From the NCBI GenBank assembly GCA_964016885.1, contig OZ024764.1, positions 11,346,001 through 11,410,000 on the forward strand: a stretch of DNA of 64,000 nucleotides, in the 5' to 3' direction. This DNA comes from Eledone cirrhosa (taxonomy: Eukaryota). The translations under genes and the position numbers were made by a program. How positions within the stretch are numbered: the stretch's first letter is position 1; every line of letters begins with the position of its first letter. The notes under the pieces are model-generated. The model was not told where the DNA came from and made no database searches. It saw only the letters and a list, made by a program, of their open reading frames with translations. This document shows, piece by piece, positions 14,927-28,510 of the stretch.

Positions 14927-15164
14927 TATATATATATATATGTACTGGGTTTATTTTGTCATGGCACCACCACTAAGGGGGTCATTATGTCCTCAAAAAT
15001 ACTAAAAAGGGTCCACTCAGCTCTTGGATGTGTCTCTGTCAATGTCAAACACTTTACACTGTCAAGGACAACAACAACAACACATAACAACAATAACAAT
15101 ACATATGACAACCTCTTAGATGGAGACAACCACCATAATGTCTTGCTTTCTACAGAATATGATG

Positions 15165-15192
15165 AGCATGTGTGTATATATGTATATATATT

Positions 15193-15223
<31 letters not shown>

Positions 15224-15492
15224 GCATATGCATACATGTATATCTATATATATATATGCATACATGTATATCTATCTATCTCTCTCTCTCTATATATATA
15301 TATATACATACATACATGTATATGTGTATATATATGTATGTATGTATGTATATAAATATATACACACACAAATATGGTACACACATATATATATATATAT
15401 ATATACATGTTTACAGAAACATATACACACACAAACATATGGTGCACACACACATATATATATATATACACACACAACAAACAAACATGGTG

Positions 15493-15553
<61 letters not shown>

Positions 15554-15589
15554 ACACACAACACACAAACATGGTGCATATATATATAT

Positions 15590-15627
<38 letters not shown>

Positions 15628-15647
15628 TATGGTGCATATATATATAT

Positions 15648-15680
<33 letters not shown>

Positions 15681-15696
15681 CACAAACACGCACACA

Positions 15697-15744
<48 letters not shown>

Positions 15745-15994
15745 AACACAAACACAAACACAACACACACACAACACACAAACAATAAATAATATAACAG
15801 AGATATGGATAAGAAAAAAATATTTTTATCTTTATGTGGGGGTTTTTTTTCCCGACATTTCTCAAGAAAATAAACGATGTTTATAATATTTTCTCATTTT
15901 GTGGTGGAGAGCAGAGGGGTGCGGTGGTGAGGTATGTGTGTGTGTGTGGGTGAGGGGGGGGGGGTTATATTTTTGTGTGTTTTATCTAATTTTT

Positions 15995-16040
<46 letters not shown>

Positions 16041-16102
16041 TTTACGTATATGTATATATTTTTATATATATATATGTATATATATATTTATATAAATATA
16101 TA

Positions 16103-16134
<32 letters not shown>

Positions 16135-16980
16135 TTTATATATATATATATTTTATTTATATATATATATATATATATTTTTTTTTATATATATATGTTA
16201 TTTTTTAATATATATATATTATTTTTTAATATATATATATATATATATTTTATATATATATCTATATATTTTTTTTATATATATATGTATTTTATATATA
16301 TATATATATATTTTTTATTTTTAGTATATATATATATATTTTTTTTATATATATAAAGATGATGATGATGTTATATATATATAATTATTTATATATATAT
16401 ATATATATCTTAGTATATATTCTTCCGCAGTTTTTGTATTTTTTTCTGTCCTTTCATTATTTGTTGCCACTTACTGGTGGATAGAAATTTCTTCTGCTTT
16501 TATGGGGGGGACAATAAAAATAATAGAAATTCATAAAAAAATGTGTGTATAGAGATGATGTGTATGTATGTGTATGTATGTATGTATGTATATGTGTGTA
16601 TATGTATGTCCATATATATATATATGGATATGTATGTATGTATGAGTATATATATATATGGGTATGTATGTGTTTATATATACCTGTGTGTGTGTGTATA
16701 TGTATGTGTGTGTGTGTGTATGTATGTGTGTGTGTGTATATGTATGTGTGTGTGTGTATATGTATGTGTGTGTGTGTATATATATATATATGTATGTGTG
16801 TGTGTATATATATGTGTGTGTGTATATATATATGTATACGTATGTGTGTGTATATGTATACGTATGTGTGTGTATATATATGTATACGTATGTGTGTGTA
16901 TATATATGTATACGTATGTGTGTGTATATATATGTATACGTATGTGTGTGTGTGTATATATATGTATACGTACATGTGTT

Positions 16981-17029
<49 letters not shown>

Positions 17030-17143
17030 GTTTATGTATGTATATGTATTTATATATAAATATATACGTGTGGCTGCATATTTGTAAACTCAAAATTGCA
17101 TATATATATATATTGTGCATATATATATATATGCACAACTACA

Positions 17144-17183
<40 letters not shown>

Positions 17184-17193
17184 TGTGCGCGTG

Positions 17194-17257
<64 letters not shown>

Positions 17258-17300
17258 TACATACATACATACACATACATACAGACACATGCACAAACAT
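15165..17300. repeat. Compound (TA)/(CA)/(TG) microsatellite region
   Basis: Direct reading, with short unique interruptions. Confidence 0.85.
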
Positions 17301-17549
17301 ATGATTTAATAGCAAACAATGCATCAAATGAAAAAAATAAAAAAATAAAAATAAAAAAATGAAAAAAATAAAAAGAAAGAAAATGATTTAAAAATATCCT
17401 CACCTCCTCCATATTTTTGCATGATGTTGGGAAATATCTTTCACTTAACTACATTTTCTTTATGTGGTCATATATAGTAAGATGTTAAACTATACATACT
17501 CTACATTCAATTACAGGTTCCTACCGTTACAATTACTAGTTGCTATATT

Positions 17550-17797
17550 AAATTAATTTCATATCTTAAGTACAAATTTCATTTTTTCTCAAGGAATTTC
17601 TTTCCCTTCATATTATAATTTATATATCGTTGTAGTGAAGGCATGCAGCTTAGCTGTTAGGGTGTTTGGTCCATGATTGTAAGCCTGCAGGTTTGGTTCT
17701 TAGTGGCATATTGTGTCCTTGAGCAAGACACTTTATTTCATGTTACTCTGGTTTACTCAGCTGGCAAAATTGAGCTTGTATCTGTAATTAAGAAAAC
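17550..17797 (+). repeat. Direct repeat copy 1, containing a degenerate SINE head; copy 2 at 18887-19110, partial copy 3 at 20176-20219
   Basis: aattaatttcatatctta.g.acaaatttcattttttctcaagg... is repeated. Confidence 0.85.
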
Positions 17798-17805
17798 TAT
17801 ATTAA

Positions 17806-18884
17806 CCCTTTAGCATTTCACCCGACCATATCCGGCTGGAATTCTCTCACCTCTTCCTGTTCAAACTGGCCATAACTGGCCACGCATTCTGATGTTAAGG
17901 TATTGTTCTCAAAATAAATAACATCAAAATCTCATAGATTCGATATTATGTGAGATGTTTATGTCATGTAAAGTCTTTACCATGAAAATACAATAGTAAA
18001 TTTAGAGTAATGTAAATGTTAACAGGTTAAACCTGATGTTAAGGTATTTTCTCAAAATAAATAACATCAAAATCTCATATACTCGATATTATGTGAGATA
18101 TTATGTGAGGTAAAGCCTTTACCATGAAAATACAATAGTATATATAGAGTAATGTAAATGTTATGTGAGATATTATGTGAGGTAAAGACTTTACTGTGAA
18201 AATACAATAGTATATATAGAGTAATGTAAATGTTATGTGAGATATTATGTGAGGTAAAGCCTTTACTGTGAAAATACAATAGTATATATAGAGTAATGTA
18301 AATGTTATGTGAGATATTATGTGAAGTAAAGCCTTTACTGTGAAAATACAATAGTATATAGAGTAATGTAAATGTTATGTGAGATATTATGTGAAGTAAA
18401 GCCTTTACTGTGAAAATACAATAGTATATAGAGTAATGTAAATGTTATGTGAGATATTATGTGAAGTAAAGCCTTTACTGTGAAAATACAATAGTATATA
18501 TAGAGTAATGTAAATGTTATGTGAGATATTATGTAAGGTAAAGCCTTTACTGTGAAAATACAATAGTATATATAGAGTAATGTAAATGTTATGTGAGATA
18601 TTATGTGAGGTAAAGCCTTTACTGTGAAAATACAATAGTATATATAGAGTAATGTAAATGTTATGTGAGATATTATGTGAGGTAAAGCCTTTACTGTGAA
18701 AATACAATAGTATATATAGAGTAATGTAAATGTTATGTGAGATATTATGTAAGGCAAAGCCTTTACTGTGAAAATACAATAGTATATATAGAGTAATGTA
18801 AATGTTATGTGAGATATTATGTAAGGTAAAGCCTTTACTGTGAAAATACAATAGTATATATAGAGTAATGTAAATGCTAAAGGG
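17806..18884. mobile_element. piggyBac-like MITE (TTAA flanks, TIR ccctttagcattt) with an internal ~59-bp minisatellite
   Basis: ttaa|ccctttagcattt ... aaatgctaaaggg|ttaa; tandem units at 18085-18875. Confidence 0.8.
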
Positions 18885-18971
18885 TTAAATTAATTTCATA
18901 TCTTACGAACAAATTTCATTTTTTCTCAAGGGATTTCTTTGCCTTTATATTATAATTTATATATCGTCGTT

Positions 18972-19230
18972 GTGAAGGCATGCAGCTTAGCTGCTAGGAT
19001 GTAGGTTTGGTTCTTAGCGGCATGTTATGTCCTTGAGCAGGACCCTTTATTTCATGTTGCTTTGGTTCACTCAGCCGGCAAAATTGAGTTTGTATCTGTA
19101 ATTAAAAAAGCCATACATGTCACACTCTGTGTCATGCTGAATCTCCCTGAGAACTACATTGAGGATAGAGATGTCTGTGGAATGCTCAGTCACTTGCATG
19201 TTAAATTCATAAAAAAGCTGTTCCATTGTT
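18972..19230 (+). mobile_element. Degenerate SINE (head, CORE, and body gtcatgctgaatctccctgagaactac)
   Basis: Body is homologous to the 105-bp array at 43960-44345. Confidence 0.65.
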
Positions 19231-19297
19231 CAATCGACACACTGTCGGCAGCAATGGCGGTCCTAATGTATATACATATGTCTGTGTGCCTGTGTCT

Positions 19298-19331
<34 letters not shown>

Positions 19332-19339
19332 GTCATTTT

Positions 19340-20605
19340 ATGTCTCCTTTACCATGCTGGCCAGGTCATATCAAGCACAGCTTCCCTCCATCTCAGGTGT
19401 TCCTTCAGAATCTCTTTTGTCATGTTCACTGATTTGAGATCAGCTCACATCATCTCTGCCAAAGTCTTTCTTGATCATCTTCTACTGCAGCTTCCTTCCA
19501 CTGGGAACTCCTGGCACTTCTTCACCCAACAATCATCATCCATACACATCACATGTCCATACCAGCTCAGTCCTCTCTCCTGCACACTACTACATCTGAT
19601 TCCTCTTCAGTCCATCTTTTTTCGTTGCCTAATTCTTCCTCTACTGCAGCTTCCTTCCACTGGGAACTCCTGGCACTTCTTCACCCAACAATCATCATCC
19701 ATACACATCACATGTCCATGCCAGCTCAGTCTTCTCTCCTGCACACTACTACATCTGATTCCTCTTCAGTCCATCTTTTTTCGTTGCCTAATTCTTCCTC
19801 TACTGCAGCTTCCTTCCACTGGGAACTCCTGGCACTTCTTCACCCAACAATCATCATCCATACACATCACATGTCCATGCCAGCTCAGTCCTCTCTCCTG
19901 CACACTACTACATCTGATTCCTCTTCAGTCCATCTTTTTTTGTTGCCTAATTCTTCCTCTACTGCAGCTTCCTTCCACTGGGAACTCCTGGCACTTCTTC
20001 ACCCAACAATCATCATCCATACACATCACATGTCCATGCCAGCTCAGTCTTCTCTCCTGCACACTACTACATCTGATTCCTCTTAAGTCCATCTTTTTTC
20101 GTTGCCTAATTCTTCCTCTACAGCAGCTTCCTTCCACTGGGAACTCCTGGCACTTCTTCACCCAACAATCATTAATAAATTAATTTCATATCTTACGAAC
20201 AAATTTCATTTTTTCTCAGGTGTTCCTTCAGAATCTCTTTTGTCATGTTCACTGATTTGAGATCAGCTCTCATCATCTCTGCCAAAGTCTTTCTTGATCT
20301 TCCTCAATTGCAGCTTCTTTCCACTGGGAACTCCTGGCACTTCTTCACCCAACAATCATCATCCATACACATCACATGCCCATACCAGCTCAGTCTTCTC
20401 TCCTGCACACTACTACATCTGATTCCTCTTAAGTCCATCTTTTTTCTTTGCCCAATTCTTCCTTCACTGCAGCTTCCTTCCATTGGGAACTCCTGGCATT
20501 TCTTCACCCAACAATCATCATCCATACACATCACATGCCCATACCAGCACAGTCTTCTCTCCTGTACACTACATCTGATATCTCATATACCCAACTTTTC
20601 TCTTT
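19340..20605 (-). mobile_element. RTE LINE 3' fragments including a 159-bp tandem array (19482-20170)
   Basis: Minus-strand QERRLSWHGHVMCMDDDCWVKKCQEFPVEGSCSRGR repeated with period 159. Confidence 0.85.
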
Positions 20606-20639
20606 GCACACGTAACAAGGTTCTATGGTCTTTATCCAT

Positions 20640-20762
20640 CAAATTTTACTCACAAGGTAATGTTCCACCATTGGTTATTGTAGAAGATACTGGTCCATAG
20701 TTCGACCTGAAGCCATGAGGTTGCAAAATTAACTCCTTAACCACGCAGCCACGCCTGCACCA
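20640..20762 (-). mobile_element. tRNA-headed SINE remnant (another family)
   Basis: Reverse complement ggtgcaggcgtggctgcgtggttaagga...caggtcgaa. Confidence 0.55.
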
Positions 20763-21232
20763 ATATATACAAATTTGAATAAATTTGGATAAATTTTAAA
20801 CATAACATTAAAAACTAAAAAAAAAACATTTAAAAAATATCTTTTTAAAATAATTTTCTCGTGTTTTCCTGGAACCCTGCGAGGATATATATCTTGATAT
20901 CTTATGTATAAATATAAATTTTCCAAGGCAATTTTGGGCTAGATTTATAATATTTCCTTCCCTTAAAACATGAGAAGAAAGCTATATACTTATAGATCTA
21001 TATCACCTATAAGCAGTTTGGAATAAATTTTCATTAAATTGCCTTCTACTGTGAAAAACTGCTTCAATATATCATAAACAGGTTGTACATATAAGAATAT
21101 ATTCATTTAATGTGCTGTGGTTTTTAAAATATGTTGATTTTTTTTTTCATTATAATACACAGTACATAAAATGATATATATGTATGTGTGTATATGTGAG
21201 TTAGTGAGTGTGTATGTATATATGTGTGTTTG

Positions 21233-21293
<61 letters not shown>

Positions 21294-21342
21294 ATATATA
21301 TGTATGTATGTGTATATATATGTGTGTGTATATATATGTGTG

Positions 21343-21373
<31 letters not shown>

Positions 21374-21604
21374 GTTTGTATATGTATGTATATATATATA
21401 TATATTTATATATGTTTGTATGTGTGTATATATATATGTATGTATATATGTGTGTGTGTGTGTGTAGATGTATATATATATGTGTGTATATATATGAGTG
21501 CGTGTGTATATGTGTGTGTATACGAGTTTATGTATATATATATATGAATATATATGAATATATGTGTGTGTGTTATAAATCTTCTTAAGAAAATCTAAAT
21601 TAAA

Positions 21605-22395
21605 TCATCATCATCTTTGCCTGCTTTTCCATGCTTGCATGGGTTGGATATGTCTTTTCTAGCACAGCATCCCTCCATCTACTACATTCCTTTGTCATCC
21701 CCTCTGTCAGGGTCACTTGTATGAGATCCTTCTTTCATTGCGTCTGTCCAGGTTTTCCTTCATCGAAGGAGAGAGCGAGAGAGAAGAAAGATGAAATAGG
21801 AAGAGAGAGACGAGAGTAAGAAAAAAAAAAAGAAAATAAGAAAAGTAGATTTCAATAGAAGGAAATTACTTGTGAAGCTTTCTGATATTCTTATCATCAC
21901 CACCACCACCACTACCACCACCACCACTATCATCATCATCATCATTTTTATGTCCGATTTTCCATATTTCCATGGGAAGGATGTGCCCTTCTCAGTAGAG
22001 CATCTCTCCACTTGCTGTGTTTCTTTATCATCTCCTCTATAAGTCTCAGTGATTTGAGATCAGCTGTCACCACCTCTGCCCAGGTCTTTCTTGGTCTACC
22101 TCTACTGTAGCTTCCTTCCACTGGGTTTCCATGGCACTTCTTCACATAACAATCATCACATGTCAATACACATCACATGTCCATATCAGCAGTATTCTCA
22201 CCTACACACTACATCTGATTCCTCTTAAGTCCAGTTCTTCTTCTACTGCAGCTTCCATCCACTGGGATTTCCTGGCACGTCTTCACCCAACAATCATCAT
22301 CCATACACATAACATGTCCATACCAGCTCAGTCTTCTCTCCTGCACACTACATCTGATTTCTCTTAAGTCCAGCTTTTCTCTTTGCACTGTTCTT
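21605..22395 (-). mobile_element. RTE LINE 3' fragments (two to three pieces)
   Basis: GRPRKTWAEVVTADLKSLRL...WRDALL and VQERRLSWYGHVM; (cat)n tails. Confidence 0.8.
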
Positions 22396-22410
22396 CCTTT
22401 AATGATAATA

Positions 22411-22755
22411 ATAATGAAATTATTGTGTACAGTGCTCAGGTGCACTACAACTCATCAAAGGTGCATGTATAGTACATAGAATAATGTGCAAATGTCAGTA
22501 AAGTGAACAGTGTATGAGTCATGATATAATGAAATTATTGTGTTCAGTGCTCAGGTGCACTACAACTCATCAAAGGTGCATGTATAGTACATAGAATAAT
22601 GTGCAAATGTCAGTAAAGTGAACAGTGTATCAGTCATGATATAATGAAATTATTGTGTTCAGTGCTCAGGTGCACTACAACTCATCAAAGGTGCATGTAT
22701 AGTACATAGAATAATGTGCAAATGTCAGGAAAGTCAACAGTGTATGAGTCATTAT
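22411..22755. repeat. 115-bp tandem repeat, about 3 copies
   Basis: Units start at 22411, 22526 and 22641. Confidence 0.9.
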
Positions 22756-22794
22756 GTACATGTGTGTGTGTGTGTATGGAGGGGGGGGATACGG

Positions 22795-23105
22795 CAGCGT
22801 CTTTCCAGTGGGAACTCCTGGCACTTTTTCACACGACAACATCATCCATACATATGACATGTCCATACCAGCACAGTCTTCTCTCTTGCACACTACTTCT
22901 GATTCCTCTTAAGCCCAGTTTCATCCAAGTTCTGTCGTTCTCTTACATTTACATTGCACATTCAACGAAGCATAGCTGCTTCACTTCTCTCCAGCCCATG
23001 CATGTCCTCTGCATGCTTTATTGTCCATGTTTCACTACCATGCAGCATCACACTTTGCACACAGATTTCATACAGTCGTCCTTTTGTACACAGGGAAAAA
23101 TCTTT
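22795..23105 (-). mobile_element. RTE LINE fragment
   Basis: Homologous to 25420-25700 and 19500-19600. Confidence 0.75.
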
Positions 23106-23109
23106 TGTA

Positions 23110-23897
23110 TTAATTATCTCACATAGCATTTACATTACTCTATATTTACTATTGTATTTTCACAGTAAAGGCTTTACCTCACATAATATCTCACATAACA
23201 TTTACATTACTCTATATTTACTATTGTATTTTCACAGTAAAGGCTTTACCTCACATAATATCTCACATAGCATTTACATTACTCTATATATACTATTGTA
23301 TTTTCACAGTAAAGGCTTTACCTCACATAATATCTCACATAGCATTTACATTACTCTATATATACTATTGTATTTTCACAGTAAAGGCTTTACCTCACAT
23401 AATATCTCACATAACATTTACATTACTCTATATATACTATTGTATTTTCACAGTAAAGGCTTCACCTCACATAATATCTCACATAACATTTACATTACTC
23501 TATATATACTATTGTATTTTCACAGTAAAGGCTTTGCCTCACATAATATCTCACATAACATTTACATTACTCTATATATTCTATTGTATTTTCACAGTAA
23601 AGGCTTTACCTCACATAATACCTGAAATAACATTTACATTACTCTATATATACTATTGTATTTTCACAGTAAAGGCTTTACCTCACATAATATCTCACAT
23701 AACATTTACATTACTCTATATATACTATTGAGGCTTTACCTCACATAACATGTCACATAATATCAAATCTATGAGATTTTGTTATTTATTTTGAGAACAA
23801 TACCTTAACATCAGTATGAGTGGCCAGTTATGACTAGTTTAAACAGAAAGAGGTGAGAGAATTCTGGCTGGATATGGCTGGTTTGAATGGTAAAGGG
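23110..23897. mobile_element. Second copy of the piggyBac-like MITE in opposite orientation, one end missing, with the 59-bp array
   Basis: Reverse complement of the 17806 element; ends gaatggtaaaggg|ttaa. Confidence 0.8.
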
Positions 23898-24446
23898 TTA
23901 ACAGCTCGAGAGAAAGACATTGATAAAACAAGTACCAGACTTGGAACAAAAAAAAAAAAAACGCAAACAAACAAAAAGAAAAAAAAGCATAGTAATTACT
24001 ATAGTTGTTTCTATTGAAACTAAACTACTTCATGGCACGACCTTTGTAATAATAGTAATAGCAATGGCTTGACTAAGATTAAAAGAATAAAAGAATTGAA
24101 GATTTAAATAAAATTCCTGAACATAGGATGAAAAAAGGAAAAGAAAAAAAAAACAAAAACAAAAACCCTTTCTACCCACCCACCCCACACACACACACAC
24201 CAAAAAAACAAAAACAAAACAAAATATTTCACTAAAATTTTCTGTGAATCTTTTATGTTGCATCACGAATGTCTTCTTGGTAGTGTATCATGAAATAGTT
24301 TTGAGAAAATCTTAGCAAAGTATCTTTCTTTCCAATCAAATATTTAATTCTATCAAGATGGACGCTAGTTTTTTTAGATAGATATGTTTCTTGATAGATA
24401 GATAGAGAGATATGTATAGTTATGGAAAGATATCTAAAGTCTAAAG

Positions 24447-24726
24447 CAGTCATGATCAGCCTGTGGCCCGCGGAGCTTTCTGAATGGCTCCCCTAAGTCA
24501 CCCAAGTGAAATCTTTCTGATTTTTTTACCCCAACTTTTCAGTCGTAATTTATCTTTCTATCATTTTTACGATCGAGGAAAACAATGTGTAGGAATTCTG
24601 AAGAAACAAATCAAAGCAACCTTTCTATTTTAATGTGGGCCCGAATGTAAATTAGCGCTTGCCGCCCACATGATGATGAGCCATATCTCATGCGACCGAC
24701 TTCTCGAAAAAAGTTGCCCATGCCTG
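24447..24726. mobile_element. hAT (Charlie-like) MITE
   Basis: Termini cagtcatg.../...gttgcccatgcctg, internal ggccc motifs, 8-bp TSD gtctaaag/atctaaag. Confidence 0.7.
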
Positions 24727-24833
24727 ATCTAAAGTCTGTCTTAAGCCAGAAGGCTCGGCTGGGTCTTATCCCAGTTTCATGACGTGAACCGACTGAGAGT
24801 ACAAGACTTAGTCCTTGGGGTTCTGAATATTTT

Positions 24834-25760
24834 CATCATCATCATCATCATCATCATTTTACGTCCACTTTTCCCTGCTTGCAAGGGTCGGACGGGAACT
24901 GATTCTGGCTTGATTTCTACAGCTGGATGCCCTTCCTAACACCAACCTCATTTACAGTGAGTGCTGGGTGCTTTTTTGCCATGGCACCTCCACGACCACT
25001 TTACAGTGAGTGCTGGGTGGTTTTTTGCCGTGGCGCCTACACATCCACTTTACAGTGAGTGCTGGGTGCTTTTTTTCCGTGGCACCTCCACGACCACTTT
25101 ACAGTGAGTGCTGGGTGCTTTTTTGCCATGGCACCTCCACGACCACTTTACAGTGAGTGCTGGGTGCTTTTTTTCCGTGGCACCTCCACGACCACTTTGC
25201 AGTGGGAGGGTGTGGGGGCATATTGTCTATATGCTTCAGCTTGTACCCATGGGAGGTCGGGTACTCTGTATTACTGCGTGACGTCAGAGGTCACGGTCGT
25301 GTGCCATTGCCTTTGAAAGGTGTAATTGGGTAAGGTAGGCTTTTATCACCTCATCCCAGGTCTTCTTGGGTCTCCCCACTCCGCGGTTTCCATCGACTTC
25401 TAATGCTCTGCACCTTTTTATGCAGCTGTCATCCTTCATACGCATCACCTGTCCATACCAACGCAACCGCCTCTCCTGCACACAGCATTTGATTCCTCTT
25501 GTGCTCAGTCTCTCTCTCAATTCATTTATGCTTTGCCGTTCGCGTATATTACTATTACACATCCATCGGAGCATGCAGGCTTTGTTTCTTTCTAATCAAC
25601 GTAAGTCTTCCACCTTCAGCGCCCAGGTTTCACTACCATGTAACATTGCTGTTCGTATACACACATCATACAGTCTGCCTTTCATTTTGAGGGAAAAGCC
25701 TTCTGCAGCTAGCAGTGGCAGTAGCTCCCTGAACTTCTTTCATCCTGTTGTTATCCCAGT
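24834..25760 (-). mobile_element. RTE ORF C-terminus joined to a SINE-type 3' module (tail A), with a ~49-bp unit repeated about 5 times
   Basis: MLRWMCN...VQERRLRWYGQVMRM...GRPKKTWDEVIK; unit tttacagtgagtgctgggtgc.. at 24951-25200. Confidence 0.85.
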
Positions 25761-26269
25761 TCTATATATATATATATATAGAATAAAAGAGAAAACACAG
25801 GTAAGCATTAAAAAAAGGATTTTATCCAGGTATTTACCACCATTTCATTGGTAAGCGCAATCTTATATCACTATACTGCAAATAGCAGCCACTCGATAAT
25901 AACTGTTATTCACCTCCAAATTTTCAAAATAATGAATAAGTGACTTGTAAAAGGTTCTTAATATATAAAAACATTTTTTTGGAATCGTATTTACTAGCAT
26001 AGAGGGAGAAGAATTAGGAAGTAGAGGGACAAACGGAGATGGAGGAAGGGGTAAAGATGGGAGGATTCCTCGATCAGTTTTGATTCGTAGACTTGATGTC
26101 GTCAATTTACAGTGTAGGGAGTTAAAGAGAATTAAATTGTTTATAGTGAGAGAGAGAGAGGGGGAGAGATAGAGAGATAAGCAATTAACCACGAGCTGGA
26201 TTACAATAAGCATTCTGCTTTCCTATAATATATATATATATTTCATTATACATATTTCATTATACATAT

Positions 26270-26300
<31 letters not shown>

Positions 26301-26339
26301 GATATTAACAAATGGAAACTATATTTATAAAACCATATT

Positions 26340-26404
26340 TATTTCATTATACATATTTCAAGGACACCAAGTTAAATTATGGTGTGCTTTCATCAGATAA
26401 AATA
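26340..26404 (-). ncRNA. Minimal hammerhead ribozyme motif
   Basis: Reverse complement tattttat CTGATGA aagcacacca..tggtgtcctt GAA ATATGTAT A atgaaata. Confidence 0.7.
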
Positions 26405-26664
26405 TAATATAGATCAGTTTTATAAATAAATATTGACATACCCTTAAAGAATGCAACCATTACTGTTGGAAGCTCCCGGATAGTGGAGTTGTTTACTTAT
26501 ATTATTATTAGTATTGGATATTTTAAAAATAAACCGTTGGGTATTTTAAAAATATCCAATTCTAATAATTAAAGCTACAACTCCACCATCCGGGAGCTTC
26601 CAACAGTAATGGTTGCATTCTTTAAGGGTATGTCAATATTTATTTATAAAACTGATCTATATTA

Positions 26665-26729
26665 TATTTGATCTGATGAAAGCACACCATAATTTAACTT
26701 GGTGTCCTTGAAATATGTATAATGAAATA
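26665..26729 (+). ncRNA. Minimal hammerhead ribozyme motif
   Basis: CTGATGA at 26673, GAAA at 26710; one mismatch in helix I. Confidence 0.65.
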
Positions 26730-26876
26730 AATATGGTTTTATAAATATAGTTTCCATTTAATATCGTATTTTTACTCCAAATATTTGTTGAGTGCTTTAT
26801 ATCAGTTATAAAAATATTTGCTTGTTGTATCTCAACAATTTAAATAGAACTTTTACATATATATATATATATATAA

Positions 26877-27635
26877 GCTTCTCCCTCAGAATGAAAGGCA
26901 GACTGTATGATGCGTGTATCCGAACAGCGATGTTGCATGGTAGTGAGACCTGGGCGCTGAAGGTGGAAGACTTACGTAGATTAGAGAGAAACGAAGCCTG
27001 CATGCTCCGATGGATGTGTAACAGTAATATACGTGAACGACAAAGCATAAATGAATTGAGAGAGAGACTGAGCATAAGAGGAATCAAATGCTGTGTGCAG
27101 GAGAGGCGGTTGCGCTGGTATGGACATGTGATGCGTATGAAAGATGACAGCTGCATAAAAAGGTGCAGAGCACTAGAAGTTGTTGGAAACCGCGGAGTGG
27201 GGAGACCCAAGATGACCTGGGATGAGGTGATAAAAGCCGACCTGACCCAATTACACCTCTCAAAGACAATGACACACGACCGTGACTTCTGGCGTCACGC
27301 AGTAATACAGAGTACCCGACCTCCCATGGGTACATGCTGAAGCATATAAACAATATGCCCCCACACCCTCCACCGCAAGGTGGTCGTGGAGGTGCCACGG
27401 CAAAAAAGCACCCAGCCCACACTGTAAAGTGGACGTGTAGGCGCCACGAAAAAGCACCCAGCACTCACTGTAAATGAGGTTGGTGTTAGGAAGGGCATCC
27501 AGCTGTAGAAATCTAGCCAGATCAGTTACTGTATGAGCAAGGCATGGTCAGCCGACCAGACACTGCACACAACAGGACAACCCGTCTAACCCATGCTAGC
27601 GTGGAAGAACGGACGTAAAACGGTGATGATGATGA
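26877..27635 (+). mobile_element. RTE ORF C-terminus joined to a SINE-type 3' module (tail B)
   Basis: KGRLYDACIRTAMLHGSETWALK...RLRWYGHVMRM...WRHAV, then ggaagggcatcc module and (gat)n. Confidence 0.9.
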
Positions 27636-27775
27636 TAATATATATATATATATATATAAGACGTAAAATAAGAAAATTATAGTAATTAACTTATTTACTA
27701 AATATGTTGGTAAATATACTAATTCTTTATATATATAAGAAGAAATTAAAAGATGGTTAAAAATGTTCCAAATAT

Positions 27776-27840
27776 TTTATTATGCGCATTTCAAAAACAA
27801 ATACCACCCTGGGACGATAGTTCCGTTCTCATCAGATAAA
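27776..27840 (-). ncRNA. Minimal hammerhead ribozyme motif
   Basis: Reverse complement tttat CTGATGA gaac...gttttt GAA ATGCGCAT A ataaa. Confidence 0.6.
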
Positions 27841-27948
27841 TTAAGGTAACATGATATGATGCCTAAAAAACACTTGTGAACAAGGAAGTGTTCAGCCAAT
27901 ATGTTGCCTGGACACTTCCGTGTTCACAAGTGTTCACAAGTGTTACCT

Positions 27949-28019
27949 TATTTTATCTGATGAGAACGCAACAATCGTCCCAGGATGATATTTGTTTTTG
28001 AAATGCGCATAATAAAATA
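27949..28019 (+). ncRNA. Minimal hammerhead ribozyme motif
   Basis: tattttat CTGATGA ... GAA ATGCGCAT A ataaaata; helix II partly decayed. Confidence 0.65.
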
Positions 28020-28147
28020 TTTATAACTTTTTTAACCATCTTTTAATTTCTTCTTATATATATATACTCCAGTCCAATAAACTGTTGAGTGCTACTTATC
28101 CGATATATGCATAGTTTTATTGTCCTACAATAAAACTCACCTCCTAC

Positions 28148-28180
<33 letters not shown>

Positions 28181-28510
28181 TACACAAGCCCCTATATGTG
28201 AACCAAAACCACATTTCTGCAAAACAAACTCTTATCCATACAAGCCTGCACCAACATTTCCGAAGAACACAGAATGCAGAAGCAAAAAAAAAAAAACCCT
28301 AAAAATTTCATTAAAATTTCACTAAAATTTCACTAAAATTTTCTTAGAATCCTCCATGTTGTATCACGATTGTTGTGATACGGTAGTGTATCATGGAAAA
28401 AACTTTCTTAAATTTCCAATCAAATATTTAATGTTATCAAGACAGATGACACAACAGACACATCCAATGTGTGTGTTGTGTTCAAAACAATGGAAAGTAA
28501 AAAGAAAATT

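Larger units (their letters stand above)
26300..26857 (+). mobile_element. Palindromic HHR element, family A (arms 26300-26766, tail to 26857)
   Basis: ~230-bp inverted arms, an HHR in each arm, (TA)n on both sides. Confidence 0.85.
27728..28148 (+). mobile_element. Palindromic HHR element, family B (arms ~27728-28064 plus tail)
   Basis: Diverged inverted arms; homologous to 38608-39010. Confidence 0.8.
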
